A stretch of 64,000 nt of DNA from Tubiluchus corallicola (GCA_030141605.1 JAQGDQ010000581.1:1-64000), one strand, 5' to 3'; numbered from the stretch's first letter, positions 12,761 to 26,989 are shown. Notes: generated from the letters alone by a model not told the origin. Numbers and translations: made by a program.

Positions 12761-14124
12761 GTACGATTCCATGTGCGAGTAATGCGTGATGCGTAATGCG
12801 CATACAGTAGTTTATATTTAAATGCGTAGAAGTGTGTCCATGTGTAGGTAATGCGTGATGCATAATGCGTATACAGTAGTTTATATTTAAGCGCGTAGAA
12901 GTGTTTCTATGCGTACGTAATGCGTGATGCGTAATGCGTATACAGCAGTTTATATTTAAACACATAAAAGTGTTTCTATGTGTACGTAATGCGTGATACG
13001 TGATGCGTATACAGCAGTTTATATTTAAACACATAAAAGTGTTTCTATGTGTACGTAATGCGTGATACGTGATGCGTATACAGCAGTTTATATTTAAACA
13101 TGTAGAAGTGTTTCCATGTGTACGTAATGCGTGATGCGTAATGCGTATACAGCAGTTTATATTTAAACATGTAGAAGTGTTTCCATGTGTACGTAATGCG
13201 TGATGCGTAATGCGTATACAGCAATTTATAGTTAAACACGTAGATATGTTTCCATGTGTACGTAATGCGTGGTGCGTAATGCCTATACAGTAGTTTATAT
13301 TTAAATGCGTAGAAGTGTTTCCATGTGTACGTAATGCGTGATGCGTAATGCGTATACAGCAATTTATAGTTAAACACATAAAAGTGTTTCCATGTGTACG
13401 TAATGCGTAATGCGTAATGCGTATACAGCAGTTTATATTTAAACACGTAGAAGTGTTTCCATGTGTACGTAATGCGTGATGCGTAATGCGTATACAGCAA
13501 TTTATAGTTAAACACATAAAAGTGTTTCCATGTGTACGTAATGCGCATTCTGCAGTCCTTGGTGCGTATTCTTTCGAACGTGATAGCTATCGTCTCAATA
13601 CGCATCACGCGGCAATACGCAGACGGGCCGTTACCTAGGTGATTATAGCTAATCTTCAAGTTACCGGTGCCCATATTTCGCCATTATAACTTCCAGAAAT
13701 TCTAATTACGTGAGTTTTGGTCACTTTAGGATCTACAAACAATAATATTTTTTCTATTTGAGTTTTTGAGAGGTGGAAGAAGCATGTAGTTATTTGTTGC
13801 GCATACCACTGCAGTTCTTTCACTAAATGATGGTGCCTGCCATATTTGTTCTCTCCTCTACAAAATGTTGTTCACCCAAAACCTGTTTTCTTTTTCATCT
13901 AATAGTACAATAATAAACTGAAACTATGTCTTCATCACTACGAAATTTCGATAAAGGCATGGCTTCCAAAAATTATTATTCCTACTGTTACAATTTTATA
14001 CAACACCGACCAAAAATGGCGGAAACAGAGCCGTAAGCTTTGTTAATACGCATGACGTTTACGGACACGTGGAAACAGTCAATACGCATCACGGATCACG
14101 CATTACGCGCACGCGGAGTCGTAA
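12761..14124. mobile_element. MITE (TIR ~GTACGACTCCATGTG, Harbinger-like) with a 69-bp subterminal unit amplified ~11x (12770-13545)
   Basis: Homologous copies at 21150-21860 and inverted 20750-21088 have only 1-2 units. Confidence 0.75.
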
Positions 14125-14208
14125 CCCAAATTGTAATTACAAAGTTGCTGCACCTGTAACATGATAGCATTACAATTACGATCAATTACAATAACGAACT
14201 TTTTACAG

Positions 14209-14353
14209 GTAAGAAAGAATATCGTTGACGTAACACATCACGTGACCCAGTACTCGCACGTGATAAATGACCTACGTAACGAGGTGACGCGACTGAGGAC
14301 ACAAATGGAGGAGCAAGAATCAAGGGGCGTGAAGAGCATCGTCGACATTCAGA
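14209..14353 (+). CDS. KIF19: KIF19-like neck/coiled-coil exon (VRKNIVDVTHHVTQYSHVINDLRNEVTRLR...)
   Basis: Kinesin-8 neck sequence; phase 0-1; gtaagt donor. Confidence 0.9.
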
Positions 14354-16161
14354 GTAAGTACTGCCACACCCTATTCTATTCCTATTGCACGTTAAAGGAA
14401 GACCGGACGATTGTTTAGACTCAATCTCATTTTAATTTACTGTTCAAAATATACATTTTCTTGCCTATAAAAGTTAACAATTGTTCCTTATATTTGAATA
14501 ATTCGCTTAGAAAGTTAGTTAACGGCAACCGAACACAGCTATTGCTTACGTCAGAAACTAACCATAGTTTGTGCAATGGCAGGAATCTTCCCTTGCGCGT
14601 CAAGCACATTTACATAGGTGTTACAGTACTGTGTAAACGCATGATGTCACGAAAAATTTGCTGTATGTCATATAACGTCATGAAACTAACACAGCAGTTC
14701 ATGATCATGGTTATCGCGGTACCGCCTTCTACTTTTTGCCCATGTGCACGTAACAAAAAGGCGCCGCTGCCAATCTTAGTAGATTCACTGAGCCGCATGT
14801 AGCTTTGAAAGTTTGCCATGCCCATCGTGGCTGTTTCACACGCAATCTTCACGAGCCACCCACACAATAAACAACAATAGCCAGCAAGCAGCTATAACCA
14901 CTTATCATAAACAGACTCTACTCATCAGAAGCAGCAATTATTTCACTACGCAAAACTTTCCATGCATACTACCTACACATATCTGAAAAACTAAGACGCC
15001 ATGTTACCGTATAGATTTAACATTATTGTTGTTATCTGATACCCCGCTAATGAAACGAATCATTTAGCTGTTTCTGGTATTTATCGATCGCGTACAGTAC
15101 AGCCGAGCGGCCAGCATATTTATACAGAACTTTGTTATTTGCCAATCTTGAAAAAATTGTAAAAAATTCAGATCTGTGTCAACTTGCCCCAAGATTCATC
15201 GACCCCGAGTTTAAGGAAAGACAGGATGATATTTCATATGCTACCCCATTTTTAAGTATGGTAAAAGTATACATTTTAATACCAACAATACTGCAAAAGT
15301 GTTTCAGGTAATAAAATAAAAGGTTAAAAACTAACGGCGGGGGAGTCCAGCCAGTGATGGTGTCACAAACGAACACAATTTTCAACAACAAAAATATTGC
15401 ACAAGCGTGTTGCGCGTGTTTGCAAAAGCTAAAACTGAAGTACAGTGCTACTGTAAGATATTCAGGGTGTTGTACTAAAAGTAGGCAAGTTTTAAGATAA
15501 AAATTCAAATTTCAAATTTACCGCTGTACTCATGCATGAGTTGTCGAACGTGTGTAGTTCGTCACAAACTAACACATCTAAACTGATAGGTACAGCATCT
15601 GTATTTTGTGGAACGTTTTCCGAAGTACAGGCGCTAATGCCCGTCTAACTAGAGTATGGCATGTAACAGCGTCCGTTTTGCTTCAAATTATCTTATAATT
15701 ATCGGTTATTGTATAGTCTCTTTTTTGTACGTAATGAAGCCGTACGGTAAGTCCAAAAAGTAGCGACAGATGGACAGACAGACGGAAAAGCTATCCACTT
15801 CGTTAACTGGGGCAATGATAATGATTAATTCTATTGATCTTAGAACAGCACAGAAACTTATTGACATCTTGGCAATGTTAATTAGTGCTGTTATCTTCAT
15901 CAATATTCCAGCAGCTTCCCCAGAAAGATAATTGCAGATAATTTCACTTTCAGAAGAAAAAGTGGAGGCAGCTTTTGTTTCATTAAATGGCAAAAACTTT
16001 TCAGTCTATTTTTAGATAAATAACTGCCTAGTGGTTAAAGGAAAGATCCAGCTTTCTGGGGAGTTGGGCTTATTTCAAAGTTCGTGAAAAGTGTTAGAAT
16101 TTAGCAATAAAAAGCTTGATAAGCATCTTGATAAATTATGCAAAACACTCAGTGATTGTTT

Positions 16162-16470
16162 GACGCTCAGGTACTTCGCCCAATGACGTCTATTCTTCCA
16201 CCGATGACGTCGCTCAGGTACTTCCCCCAAGTCTGAACGCTCATTCTTCCACCGATGACGTCATTGAGGCACCTCCCCCAAGATTGAACGCCCATTCTTC
16301 CACCGATGACGTCGTTCAGGCACTTCCCCCAAGTTTGAACGCCCATTCTTCCACCGGTGACGTCGTTCAGGCACTTCCCCCAAGTTTGAACGCCCATTCT
16401 TCCACCGGTGACGTCGTTCAGGCACTTCCCCCAAGTTTGAACGCCCATTCTTCCACCGATGACGTCATTC
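16162..16470. repeat. Minisatellite, 51-bp unit x ~6, inside Kolobok-like element 16040-16790
   Basis: Unit GACGTCGTTCAGGCACTTCCCCCAAGTTTGAACGCCCATTCTTCCACCGGT. Confidence 0.9.
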
Positions 16471-17272
16471 ACTGACTGAAGAAAAATAACACGCCACTAT
16501 TTAATGAAAAACGATATTAATGAAAAATCCTGAAAAATCGGAACAACAATGAAGTATCCATTGTTATCGTCTGCAGTTCAATTTTGCTGAGTGAAGGATG
16601 GAAAATGTTCTACGTCAGTTACGTGAACCAGTTACGTCATAATTGTCAAGTGAATAGCGGCCACCGCTGCGCCTGAAAATTTCTACACTATTAATATAAA
16701 TTAACTTTATGCTTTACAGGGTTTTTGCAAATTTCTTTGTTATACTTTTCTAAGTTTAAGTGTCAACGGTAAAGTAAAACCAATGTAATAAATTGCCTTT
16801 ACCCAGATTAGTGCATCGATTATGATGACCTAAATTACAGCTGTGGCTCTATTAAGCGCGCAAATCTGCAGTGCTAATTTATTCGCGAGACGAAATGAAA
16901 ATTGATTTCCCGATTTAGAATGTCAAAGATGATCCTTATTTGTGGAAACGAATTCGAAGTGAATTGAAATTTAATTTTCTCCATCAAATTACAACAAACA
17001 CGCAATAACTACATTCAAACATTTGCATAAGGCAGTATGTAAGTACAGGTAAATAAGTGAAGACAGGTAATAATGACAGTAAAGAAAGAAAGGTATAGGA
17101 TGACAAAGAGGTCATCAAAAAGTCTAAAAACTGTCTAATCTAAACGAAATGAGTTGTTTAAAGTAAGACCGAACCCAATCTTAAACTGTCATGTCGGTTT
17201 TCATAAACGTTAAAGCAAAACTGGACCCAATCTTAAACTGTAGGTTAAAACAATCTGCTCTTTAAAATATTG

Positions 17273-17860
17273 AAAGGAAACATACTATTTTTTCAAAAAT
17301 GACTTACGTGAAAGAGTTATTACCACACAAACACAATTTCGCGTTCGCGCCACTAGTTCTTCGCTGTTACATGCATTTTGTGCTAGTTAAACCGGCATTA
17401 GCGCCTGCATTTCGGAAACGTGTTGCACTAAAAACAGGTGCTGTACCTCTTAGTAGTTTGTGACGAACTACACACGTTCGACAGCTCATACGTGAGCACA
17501 GCGGTAAATATAAAGTTAAAATTTTTCTCTTAAAACATGTCTAGTTTTAGTACACACAGGATATCTTGTCTTAAAAGATGCTTAGTTTTAGTACAACACA
17601 CTGAATATCTTACAGTAGCACTGTACTTCAAATTTCACTTTCGCAAACACGTGCAACACGCTCGTGGAGTATTTTTGCTGTTGCAAATTATGTTAGTTTG
17701 TGATGTAATCAATAGTTGGGCTCGCCCGCCGTTAATTAAATTTTTAATCTATTATCTAATTATCAGAAACGATTTTGCAGTATTAATCGTGTTAAAATGT
17801 AGACTTTTTATCGGATTTGAAAATGGGGTAGTGTATGAAAGATCATCCTGTCTTCCTTTA
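17273..17860. mobile_element. Kolobok-like MITE; further copies at ~4600-5200 and ~15212-15670 in the opposite orientation
   Basis: AGGAAA...TTCCT ends adjacent to TTAA; three alignable copies. Confidence 0.65.
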
Positions 17861-18279
17861 AACTAAAGGTAATCTATTCAGTTCTCCTTACAGGTACTGT
17901 AGATAAAATGCTTTGTCTGTCATGATGTACAAATAGAGCCAAAGTTTCACAACAACATTCTTATTTAAAAAAACTTTACTAAACATCATGAAAAAGTTTA
18001 TTGAGAGATAAAGAACTGAACTGCAGTGACTGCACGGTTACTCTTGAAAATAAAGCAATGTACAAAAACTATCAGTTCAGTAACCGAATGTGAATTCGCT
18101 CAGCAGCCTCTTTTCTAACGTATTTCTACTATGTTCTGTCTCCCTGTGGATGTTACCGTTGCTTTCCTGTTTTACGAAGCTATCCAGCAAGACTGTAAGC
18201 AAGAACTAAGCAGTGTAAACCTATGTTTGAGAGAGATTATGTGATTCTAAAGTGAAAAGTACGTGGCAGATTAACTAAC

Positions 18280-18529
18280 GGTGCATTCACACTAGCGAGC
18301 TTTCTCCAGCCAGTTATCTCTCTGACAGCAAATTCGCAGGTGTGAACTGCTTTGCGAGTTACTGTCGACAAGTTGTTGCAAACTTTCTAACAGTTGCTGA
18401 GAGTTGATTCACTGCAAGTTACCGTCTTGTGTGAATGCTCATTGAGTTACTCTGGACACTTCTCGTAGTGAATAGAGAAGCGAGTGTCAGCTTACTCACA
18501 GCAAGTTTTGCTCTCTAGTCTGAACACAC
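18280..18529. mobile_element. Harbinger-like MITE (GGTGCATTCACACTAG...CTAGTCTGAACACAC); relatives at 30483-31525 and 9525-10260
   Basis: Terminal inverted repeats and shared internal motifs. Confidence 0.65.
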
Positions 18530-18758
18530 TTGCGTTAGTGAGTTACTTAGCGAGTTAACTTGGGAGAAAACTCGATTGTCTGATCATTCCATAAGAAGAC
18601 AAAGAAACGGACAGACACACAAACAAACAAACATTCAAACAAATAAACAGACAGACACACAGTGAGACACACAAACAAAAGTCACCACAACTGTTGATTG
18701 ATAGTTGACAGTTTTTCTGTTGTTTCAAATTGATGAAATTCTTTTGTTCTTGAAACAG

Positions 18759-18933
18759 ACGAGGTCGTGGAAACGTCACGACGCGAGGTAGAAGCTGAAA
18801 TGAAATGGTTACGTAATCAGCTTATGGCGACATTTCACCAGCAGATGGAGCTGAGACGAAAACTCATGGACGTCAATCAGTTGTCTCTGGACTTGACCTG
18901 GGAACTACAACTGTGCACCAAAACTATAAATGA
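18759..18933 (+). CDS. KIF19: KIF19-like stalk exon (EVEAEMKWLRNQLMATFHQQMELRRKLMDV...)
   Basis: Phase 1-2 consistent with neighbours; resembles KIF19 F.EQM..RR.L segment. Confidence 0.88.
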
Positions 18934-19460
18934 GTAAGTAAGACATCTCATACATTCTGGTCTGCAACACATATCTGGTCAAGCTATGGCCAGAAGGACA
19001 AGAGATATACCACAAGTAGTCACAAATGTTATTAGAAGTAGCAACTAAGTTTTCTTTACAAAATGACAGTGAGAGAAATGAAAAGTATAGACACAGTGCT
19101 ACAGCCCAGTAACAGTGGTACGTACAGTCAGTGCATTGCACCATGGCCCAGAGGACGTATGTGGTCCAAAGATTTGGAGGTTGGTGAAAGGCTTTCCGTT
19201 GAAGCTTTGGTAGGATCGCCATGGCCAGTGATACGAAGAAGCCAAAATCATTTGAGTTTGGTGTGGCTTCTGAACAAGTGACAAGAACAAGAAGAAAATA
19301 TGGGAGTGGGATGAAGAGGGAGTTCTGTAGTTCTGAACATTCCAATCAAGTTTGCATCAACTACAGATGTAAAAGAAGCGAACATAAGAAGGCTAACTTA
19401 TTTAGGCACAGTTGTTTTGTAATTTTGTGCGAAATGCACTTAATCTGATTTTTGTTTCAG

Positions 19461-19531
19461 CTGGCAAAGTAGCAAAGACATGGCTAGCAGCCAAGGTACG
19501 GAGAAGGCAAGAAAAACAGAAGAGAGTCCAG
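19461..19531 (+). CDS. KIF19: KIF19-like short exon (WQSSKDMASSQGTEKARKTEESP)
   Basis: tttcag acceptor, g|gtaaat donor; phase 2-1 bridges flanking exons. Confidence 0.8.
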
Positions 19532-20280
19532 GTAAATTCTACGTTGTTGTCAACTAGCTTACCACAGAGTACGTTTCTTGCAATACAGTAATATCAAAAA
19601 GTCAACAGTTCTTTTTTTACCTGTTACCTTTTCTACCTTTGTCTGTTTTTACGTTACATTTTTTGATCTGCTGTTTTAATTTTGATTTAATCTAATATAT
19701 ATGCATTGTGATACCGTCTATGATATACTACTATGATATGATACTACGTGTATTAACTAAAGAAAATTATAAAAAAAGAAAAGAAAGAAAAAAGTAAAAT
19801 GAAACACCTAGCAAGCTCCCCATCAACAAACTGCCTTCTATCAACCTTTACATCAGGAGTGAACACTTTTTCAGCAAAAGTCAGAGAAATCCCACTTCTG
19901 ACACCAGTGTGATGCCGTCTATGATAGCAAGGATTCATAATTAACTAAAGAAAATTATAAAAAAAGAAAAGAAAGAAAAAACAGTAAAATGAAACACTTA
20001 GCAACAGTTTATAGCTGACACGCGTTGAGTCGAAATGCAAACCAAGGGGTTAAACGAAAAACTACTGAATCACGACTGACTTAATAACAGCAACGATGAA
20101 GAGAAAAACAAAATGAAACCGAAGCCGAACATGGCCGAGAACGCACTGCCCTCGAATATACGAGAACAGGTTACACGCTCGAGAAAATTGGCCTAGAAAA
20201 CTGAGCTCTGATTGGCCCACGAAATTTTACATTCAATACACTACATTTTCATGAAGCCCGTGGTTTCCGAGGCGGTTTAG

Positions 20281-20311
<31 letters not shown>

Positions 20312-20543
20312 ATATAATCTACAATCTATTTTGCTCTATTGATTTCATTGTTTTGATTGTTTGACTTTTGACTATCATTGCTTTATGCACTGTTGTTCAT
20401 ACTACCATTGTCTATATTGTTTATCGATGTTGTCATTGTTTTTTTTACCCATGCCTTTGCAACCTGATTCTGGATTTATCCTGTAACTATTAGACATTTG
20501 TTAAACATTTGTCGGAGACACATTCTTTCTGGTTGAAATTTAG

Positions 20544-20680
20544 AAGAACCCGAGGAGGTACAACAAGCTAGAGAGAAGGTGATGGAGTTAAACGAGGAAC
20601 AGCAGAAGTTGTCTCAGTACAAAGTGAAGCTAGAGAAGCAGCTGAGCAACAACAGAGACAAAGCATCCAGACTTGAAGCG
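20544..20680 (+). CDS. KIF19: KIF19-like stalk exon (EPEEVQQAREKVMELNEEQQKL...)
   Basis: Phase 1-0; resembles KIF19 EP.EV..ARE segment. Confidence 0.88.
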
Positions 20681-22011
20681 GTAAGACCAACAAGTTTTCA
20701 TCTTCGCTAATTGATAATTTCTCTATCAGTATTTTAGTGAAAAAACTGCAGTTAGATGCGCAACACATAACTACATGCTTCTTCCACCTCACAAAAACAT
20801 TATTGTTTGTAGATCCTAAAGTGACCAAAACTCACCCAACTAGAATTTTTTTAAAGTTATAATAGCGAAATATGGTCACAAGAAACTTCAAAACTAGGTA
20901 TAATCACCTAGGTAATGGCGGTTTCCCGTCTGCCAATTGTGATGCATATTCGAACTATAGCGATCACTTTTCGAATGAACACGGATCGCGCATCACACAC
21001 GGAAGCACTTCTGCGTGTTTAAAAACAAACTGTTGTATACGCATTACGGACCACGCATCACGCATTACGCACACATGGAGTCATACCTTAATGGTACAGC
21101 AAGCATGATCAAATGGTAGAGAGCACAACTCCTCTATTTGCTGTGTACACATGGAAACACGCGTAGAAGTATTTCCATGTGTACGTAATGCGTAATGCGT
21201 AATGAATATACAGCAGTTTATATTTAAACACGTAGAAGTGCTTCCATGTGCACGTAACGCGCATTCCGTAATCCGTGGTGCGTATTCTCTCGAACGTGAT
21301 AGCTATCGTCTCAATATGCATCACGTGGCAATACGCAGACGGGCCGTTACCTAGGGGATTATAGCGAGTTTTCAAGCTTCTGCTGACCATATTTTGCCAT
21401 TATAACTTTCAAAAATTCTGGTTAGGTAAGTTTTGGTCACTTTAGGATCTATAAATAAAAATATTTTTTCTATTTGAGTTTTTGAGAGGTGGAAGAAGCA
21501 TGTAGTTATGTATTGTGCATCTAACAGCAGTTCTTTCACTAAATGATGATACCTGCCATATTTGTTCTCTACTCTACAAAATGTTGTGCACCCAAAACCT
21601 GTGCTTTCTTTTCTATCTAATAGTACAATAATAACCTGATACCAGAGCTGTAATTATCACGCTTAAATTTCGATAGAGACGTGGTTTCCAAAAATTATTG
21701 CTTGAGATTTTCACAAATAGCAACCAAAAATGGCGGAAAGAATGCCGTGAGCTTTGTTAATACGCGTAGCATTTACAGACACGTGGAAACAGTCAGTACG
21801 CATCATGCATTACGGATCACAGATCACGTATTATGCACTACGTACACATGGAGTCGTAGCTCTACTTGGCGAGAATATATACAGTTGCATTTTTCAAAAA
21901 CTCTGTCAAATGAAAAACCATAAGAAGTAGTTTGGTAGTTAAGTTCGAAACAAAACTATTATCCGGATTGCTCAAAAACAACATTTGCACCAAATCTGTT
22001 TGAACTAAAAG

Positions 22012-22225
22012 GTGATACCAAAGAAAGCGACGACGGAGCAACAAAAGGAGCTGATTCAAATGCTGATGAAAGTTCACGAGGTTGAAGTTGAAAAACACGA
22101 ACTGAAAGTTTCCGAACTGCTGAAAGTACACGAACTGCAGATGAAGGATTTACAGCTCGTGCAGTACGACGATAACAAGAACCTGGCTGATCAGATTATT
22201 TACCACCAACGTCAAATTATTGAAG
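22012..22225 (+). CDS. KIF19: KIF19-like stalk exon (VIPKKATTEQQKELIQMLMKVHEVEVEK...HQRQIIE)
   Basis: Phase 0-1; VHE.EVE and QRQII motifs as in KIF19. Confidence 0.9.
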
Positions 22226-23106
22226 GTAAGAAATCAGACACTGCAATAGTGATGTTTTTGCTCAGAAGTTGAGGCAGAAAAAGCTGTGTACATGCGACTG
22301 GAAATGGTGCAATTACAAGTTTCATTATCGCACCTGATTAACTTACTGGCCATTGAGAACTTTCGCTTTTTACACAATATTTGTTATTTCCCTTACAATG
22401 AGTATTTGAAATACTCATTTTCATGGTCACATGGTCACATTTTTATAGCCAAGAACTTTTCTGGGTTTTGTGCATTTTTTTTATAAGAATTTATGCTGTT
22501 TGTGCAATAAATGAAGCACTTTTCGCTGGCACATTTTCTCAAATAGTTAAATTATCTGATCGTTTGAACAAAAACAACTAACCTCTTCTAATAACTAAGG
22601 AAATGTTCAACCAGAATACGTTATTTGTGCAAATGCTGACGTGGATTTTTTTATGCGCTATATTTGTAAAAAAAATTGTACGCTTTCATGCAACAGCGAG
22701 CCTTGGCTAGCACAATAGGTTGCTATGTCAGATATTCATAACACACTGCCTGTTGTGTACATTGTCCTAACTACACAGTGCAGACTAGGCATTGCTAAGT
22801 TGGTGTTGCTATGGTGCCTGAGTGGTTTTTAGTGTGCCCTCTAGGGGTGAGTTAAGGAAGCATTTTGACTTTGTAACTGCATTATATGCTTACGTGCAGT
22901 TCTATGGACTTACATAACCCGTTACTTTATGTATCCAAGACAACTTTAGTCATGGTCCTATATTTCATCCCAGAGTGCTGCACCTCAAAATATATATAAT
23001 AATACAATGTACCTAGATACACAGCATGCCAGCAGATTTGCAAGCAAGTATTAATAATTGAAAATTTACTAGTTATATTTAAGGAATTGCATGATTTGTA
23101 TTGTAG

Positions 23107-23213
23107 ATAATCGTATTCGTAAGACCGAGATGTTGCAACTGCTGTACCTCAGGTACAAAGTGGACAGAGAGAACAGTCTTCTAAACGCAGACTTGTCGCG
23201 TCTAAACGTACAG
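23107..23213 (+). CDS. KIF19: KIF19-like exon (DNRIRKTEMLQLLYLRYKVDRENS...)
   Basis: ttgtag/gtatgc splice sites; phase 1-0. Confidence 0.82.
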
Positions 23214-24306
23214 GTATGCAAAGATACAAGTATAATAAACGACAATTGTGTGCTTGCAAACCAAAAGTCAGCATAGTTAAAACTATGTTATGATGTTTTA
23301 AAGTAGAGTGCACCAAAAATTTGGTCAAATGTCATTTTTTTGTTTTTTATGAAAACAAATGCTAAATATATTAGACTTTTATAGTCTAGCACCAAATTGT
23401 CAAGAAAATGTTTAAAAAATACTAAAAATCTAATTTTACAACCCTGTACCCACTTTTCTGGCAAACTAGTACAGTCATACCTCCGTTTTCGACCATAATT
23501 CATTTCTAAAAAGTGTTGGAAAACCGATTTGCTTGAGAACCGAATCATTTATTCCGATAAGAAATAATGTAAAAGCAAATAATCCGTTCTCAAGCACCAA
23601 ATGAACTGTAAAGTATTACTAAAACGAAATATAATAATGTAAAAATGTTTATCTAAACAGTGGATATGATATAACTGATAAGAAAAACATAATAGAATTA
23701 CTTAGAAAGAAAAACATCATTATTCCTGCATGAAAAAACCTTACGTGTTGGTAGCAGTGTGATGATATACGTAAGCAAGAGCAGAAACATGTGCGTGACT
23801 ACTCTGGGCTCGGTTACGCTCGGCTCGCTGCGCATGTGTTCATCACGTGCTTGGAGGTTGGTCGAGTACCGAAATTCTGATCGAGAACGGAGACAATTTC
23901 AGCTCGAATTTTCTGTGGAAAACCTATTTGTACGAGTACGGAGACGTTCGACAACGGAGGTATGACTGTACTACAATTGTAAAAAAACTTTAACAACTGT
24001 TTTCTCAAGATTATGTTTTTCATTGCGCAGCCTGCACCTGAACTTCCACATGAATTATTGCAGCTTAGAAATAACATAGAGTGATGAACTTGGTATCAAA
24101 ATGATCCTCATGAAATGGAGATTCAGGATATGCAAATAACTAGAAAAGCTTAATTGCCGCTTATGGACGATTTTGCTATGCAAGCACACAATTTATGAAT
24201 TCATTGTGATTGAAAATACGAAAAGCTAGTAGTATCCACGAATGACGTTATCGCAACTGAGCAAATTCCAATTTTGAATAGTGATGATGCTATCTTGTAC
24301 TTGCAG

Positions 24307-24419
24307 AGACAACTTGCAAAAGCCAGCCGTTTAAAGAAAGAAGACGGAGTCGATAATGATACAGGTATTGATACTGACGACGGAGCCATGGGTGAGGAGA
24401 ATGACGTCGTTCGTTCAAG
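24307..24419 (+). CDS. KIF19: KIF19-like tail exon (RQLAKASRLKKEDGVDNDTGIDTDDG...)
   Basis: ttgcag/gtaatc sites; open frame; phase 0-2. Confidence 0.72.
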
Positions 24420-25312
24420 GTAATCGCCATTTATAATTGACTCTCATCAAAATCAGAACTCCTTAAAATCTAAGCACGAGATTGTGGCATTCGTGCACTT
24501 CGTGTTTTAGCTACTGAAGGAAACACGAGTGCACAAATTTCTTGAACAACGTGTGCGTGTGTGTGCATGCGTGCATGTGACAGCATGCACGTGCGTGTGT
24601 GTGCCATGAAAATCATTCTTCCTATTCAAAATTTACAAGACAGAGATTCAGATGTCTCTTTTCAGATATTTCTTTCAGCGACTAGATGTTTGATGTTTGC
24701 ATTAGCAGACATGATGATGCAGATGCTTTGACCACCTCAACTCGACTTTCTTTTAGCTCTACCTATGTCCTGTCTAGACTATCAGTCATTAACATGTCAA
24801 CTGAGTGATGTACACGGGATTGTAATTCAAACATGTCATGAAACGTCATGAGTGTATCATGTCTATCATGTTTTTCCTGATGGGACATAATTAGCAAACA
24901 AAGTTCTGCAACAAAGGATGTGGTCAAGTGTAAGAAACTTTGAGCTTTGAATGGGTAAATGAACAAGTCACCAGGAAAGCTTCTCACTTCAAAATTAAGC
25001 AAAAGTTGAGTTTTCTCGCTTTCGCACAAACCTGTCATTCGCATGTGTCTACACTATCACTTTTTGTGTCATTCGACCATTTTAGTCACGCATGACAAAC
25101 TATGGGAGATGCTCGACAGTCTAGACGGGGCTTAATTTGTACAATAATATGGATTCAACAAAAACGCCATGGTAAGAAGCTTTTGTCCTTACCTTAGTGT
25201 GGTTACGTTATATGACACTCAACTCTGTGTCATAAACTAAAATGATCAAACCCACGAATTATTTGTTGGTGTGTGACAGGATGCTGTGCTAACACAGAGA
25301 GCTTTCTTTCAG

Positions 25313-25484
25313 AGCTGACGTGGTGCCTCAAACGCTGCCTCTACTTCCTGCAGAGAAAGTGCAATTAATGCAGAACGGTGAGATGCGTTCGGCAAGCAGT
25401 CTAATAACTCACACGCACCTGCTCGAGGATAGCAGGACCACTTTCAAAAGCGAAATTGTAGACTCCGCGACAAGATCCGTTACT
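25313..25484 (+). CDS. KIF19: KIF19-like tail exon (ADVVPQTLPLLPAEKVQL...)
   Basis: ctttcag/gtaagt sites; phase 2-0. Confidence 0.72.
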
Positions 25485-26272
25485 GTAAGTGAAGTTTAAC
25501 ACTTAGAGCTGTACATTCGAAATACGAATTTCTCAAATAGCTGTGCAAAAATGGCCACTTTTTAAGTCGTTGTATGTTTTTTGGAAACATGCAGATAAAT
25601 ATACAAACTTTTCAAGCCCTACAAATCCCACTGCAGTTTGCTAGCTCTATTCAGTAGTCTAAATTATAGGCAAAAATTGAAATTTCTAAAACTGGTTCAT
25701 ACGTAAACAAAATACACATCACCCAGGTCTGAAGTTTCAGCTGCCTTGAAAAAACTAATATAGTATCGTGTTGCAAAAGTGCAGATTATGTCAAATTTGA
25801 ATACGAGCTATACTTGGGCAAATTATTCTACGATGTTCCCTACTCATATTCTTGCAACGTGGGAAGTCTGTACACAGTTATTTGTTTTTAGTGTGCAAGC
25901 TTGTTTAATTGTTTTATTTTTGCTAATTATTTATTATTATTATATAATTGTTATTATATAATTATTATAATACAACAAGTTTGAACGAACATTCAGCTAT
26001 AATACTTGCCATAGCTAGTCAACAAAATAAACGATGCTTGTAGTTCAATTACACAACAATAAACAGGCTAACTAGTTCATAATGACTTATATTACACATT
26101 TTGTTTTTTATTTTCACTAATCCCTAAACGTAACACGTATTTAGCAATTTATTAAAAGGTTAACTAACTAACTTTGCCGTATTGTTGTTTATGCAGTGTC
26201 TGTAAATTTCAGAAGGTTAATAAATTATGTTAATTAAGTTAAGCTACATCTCGTGTTCACCATGAATTACAG

Positions 26273-26400
26273 AGTGAGAAAAGCAACTCCACTCACGAGT
26301 CGAGAAGAACAAAGAGACGGACTAATGCGGATCTCTACCAGAATAATCTGCTGCACCGATGGAAACCTTCGACTGTTTTTGAAAGTGAGACGAGCATCAG
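26273..26400 (+). CDS. KIF19: KIF19-like tail exon (SEKSNSTHESRRTKRR...)
   Basis: ttacag/gtaaca sites; phase 0-2. Confidence 0.68.
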
Positions 26401-26455
26401 GTAACATGGGGTATCTTAGACTAGGGTTATAAATTTACTTTTGCCGTCAAAATGT

Positions 26456-26829
26456 GGGGAAAACCTTTCTCTTTGAACTGGCTTTCACAATGGGTAAACT
26501 AGCAGCAGTGGGGGAAACCTTTCTCTTTGAACTGGCTTTCACAATGGGTAAACTAGCAGCAGTGGGGAAACCTTTCTCTTTGAACTGGCTTTCACAATGG
26601 GTAAACTAGCAGCAGTGGGGGAAACCTTTCTCTTTGAACTGGCTTTCACAATGGGTAAACTAGCAGCAGTGGGGGAAACCTTTCTCTTTGAACTGGCTTT
26701 CACAATGGGTAAACTAGCAGCAGTGGGGGAAACCTTTCTCTTTGAGCTGGCTTTCACAACGGGTAAACTAGCAGCAGTGCGGAAACCTTTCTCTTTGAAC
26801 TGGCTTTCACAATGGGTAAATTAGCAGCA
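26456..26829. repeat. Minisatellite, 54-bp unit x ~7
   Basis: Unit GGGGAAACCTTTCTCTTTGAACTGGCTTTCACAATGGGTAAACTAGCAGCAGTG. Confidence 0.95.
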
Positions 26830-26989
26830 AAATTGCTGTGAAAATTGACTGAAATACAATGAAATATACAAAGCATACAAAGATTTCCATATATATCTTA
26901 AACGGGAAAAAAGGCAATTTTAAACTAAGTCCCAAAAAACTTTCCACACAAGTTAGATTACTTAGCATTAAGCTTACCATCTTGAATTA

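Noticed and set aside
12672-13674. 281-aa and 209-aa repetitive ORFs
   Set aside because: Translations of the 69-bp MITE-derived array.
4689-17866. Recurring ORF 'LVLVQHTEYLTVALYF' suggesting a gene family (4689, 15179, 17537)
   Set aside because: Three copies of a non-coding MITE; no consistent start, stop or splice structure.
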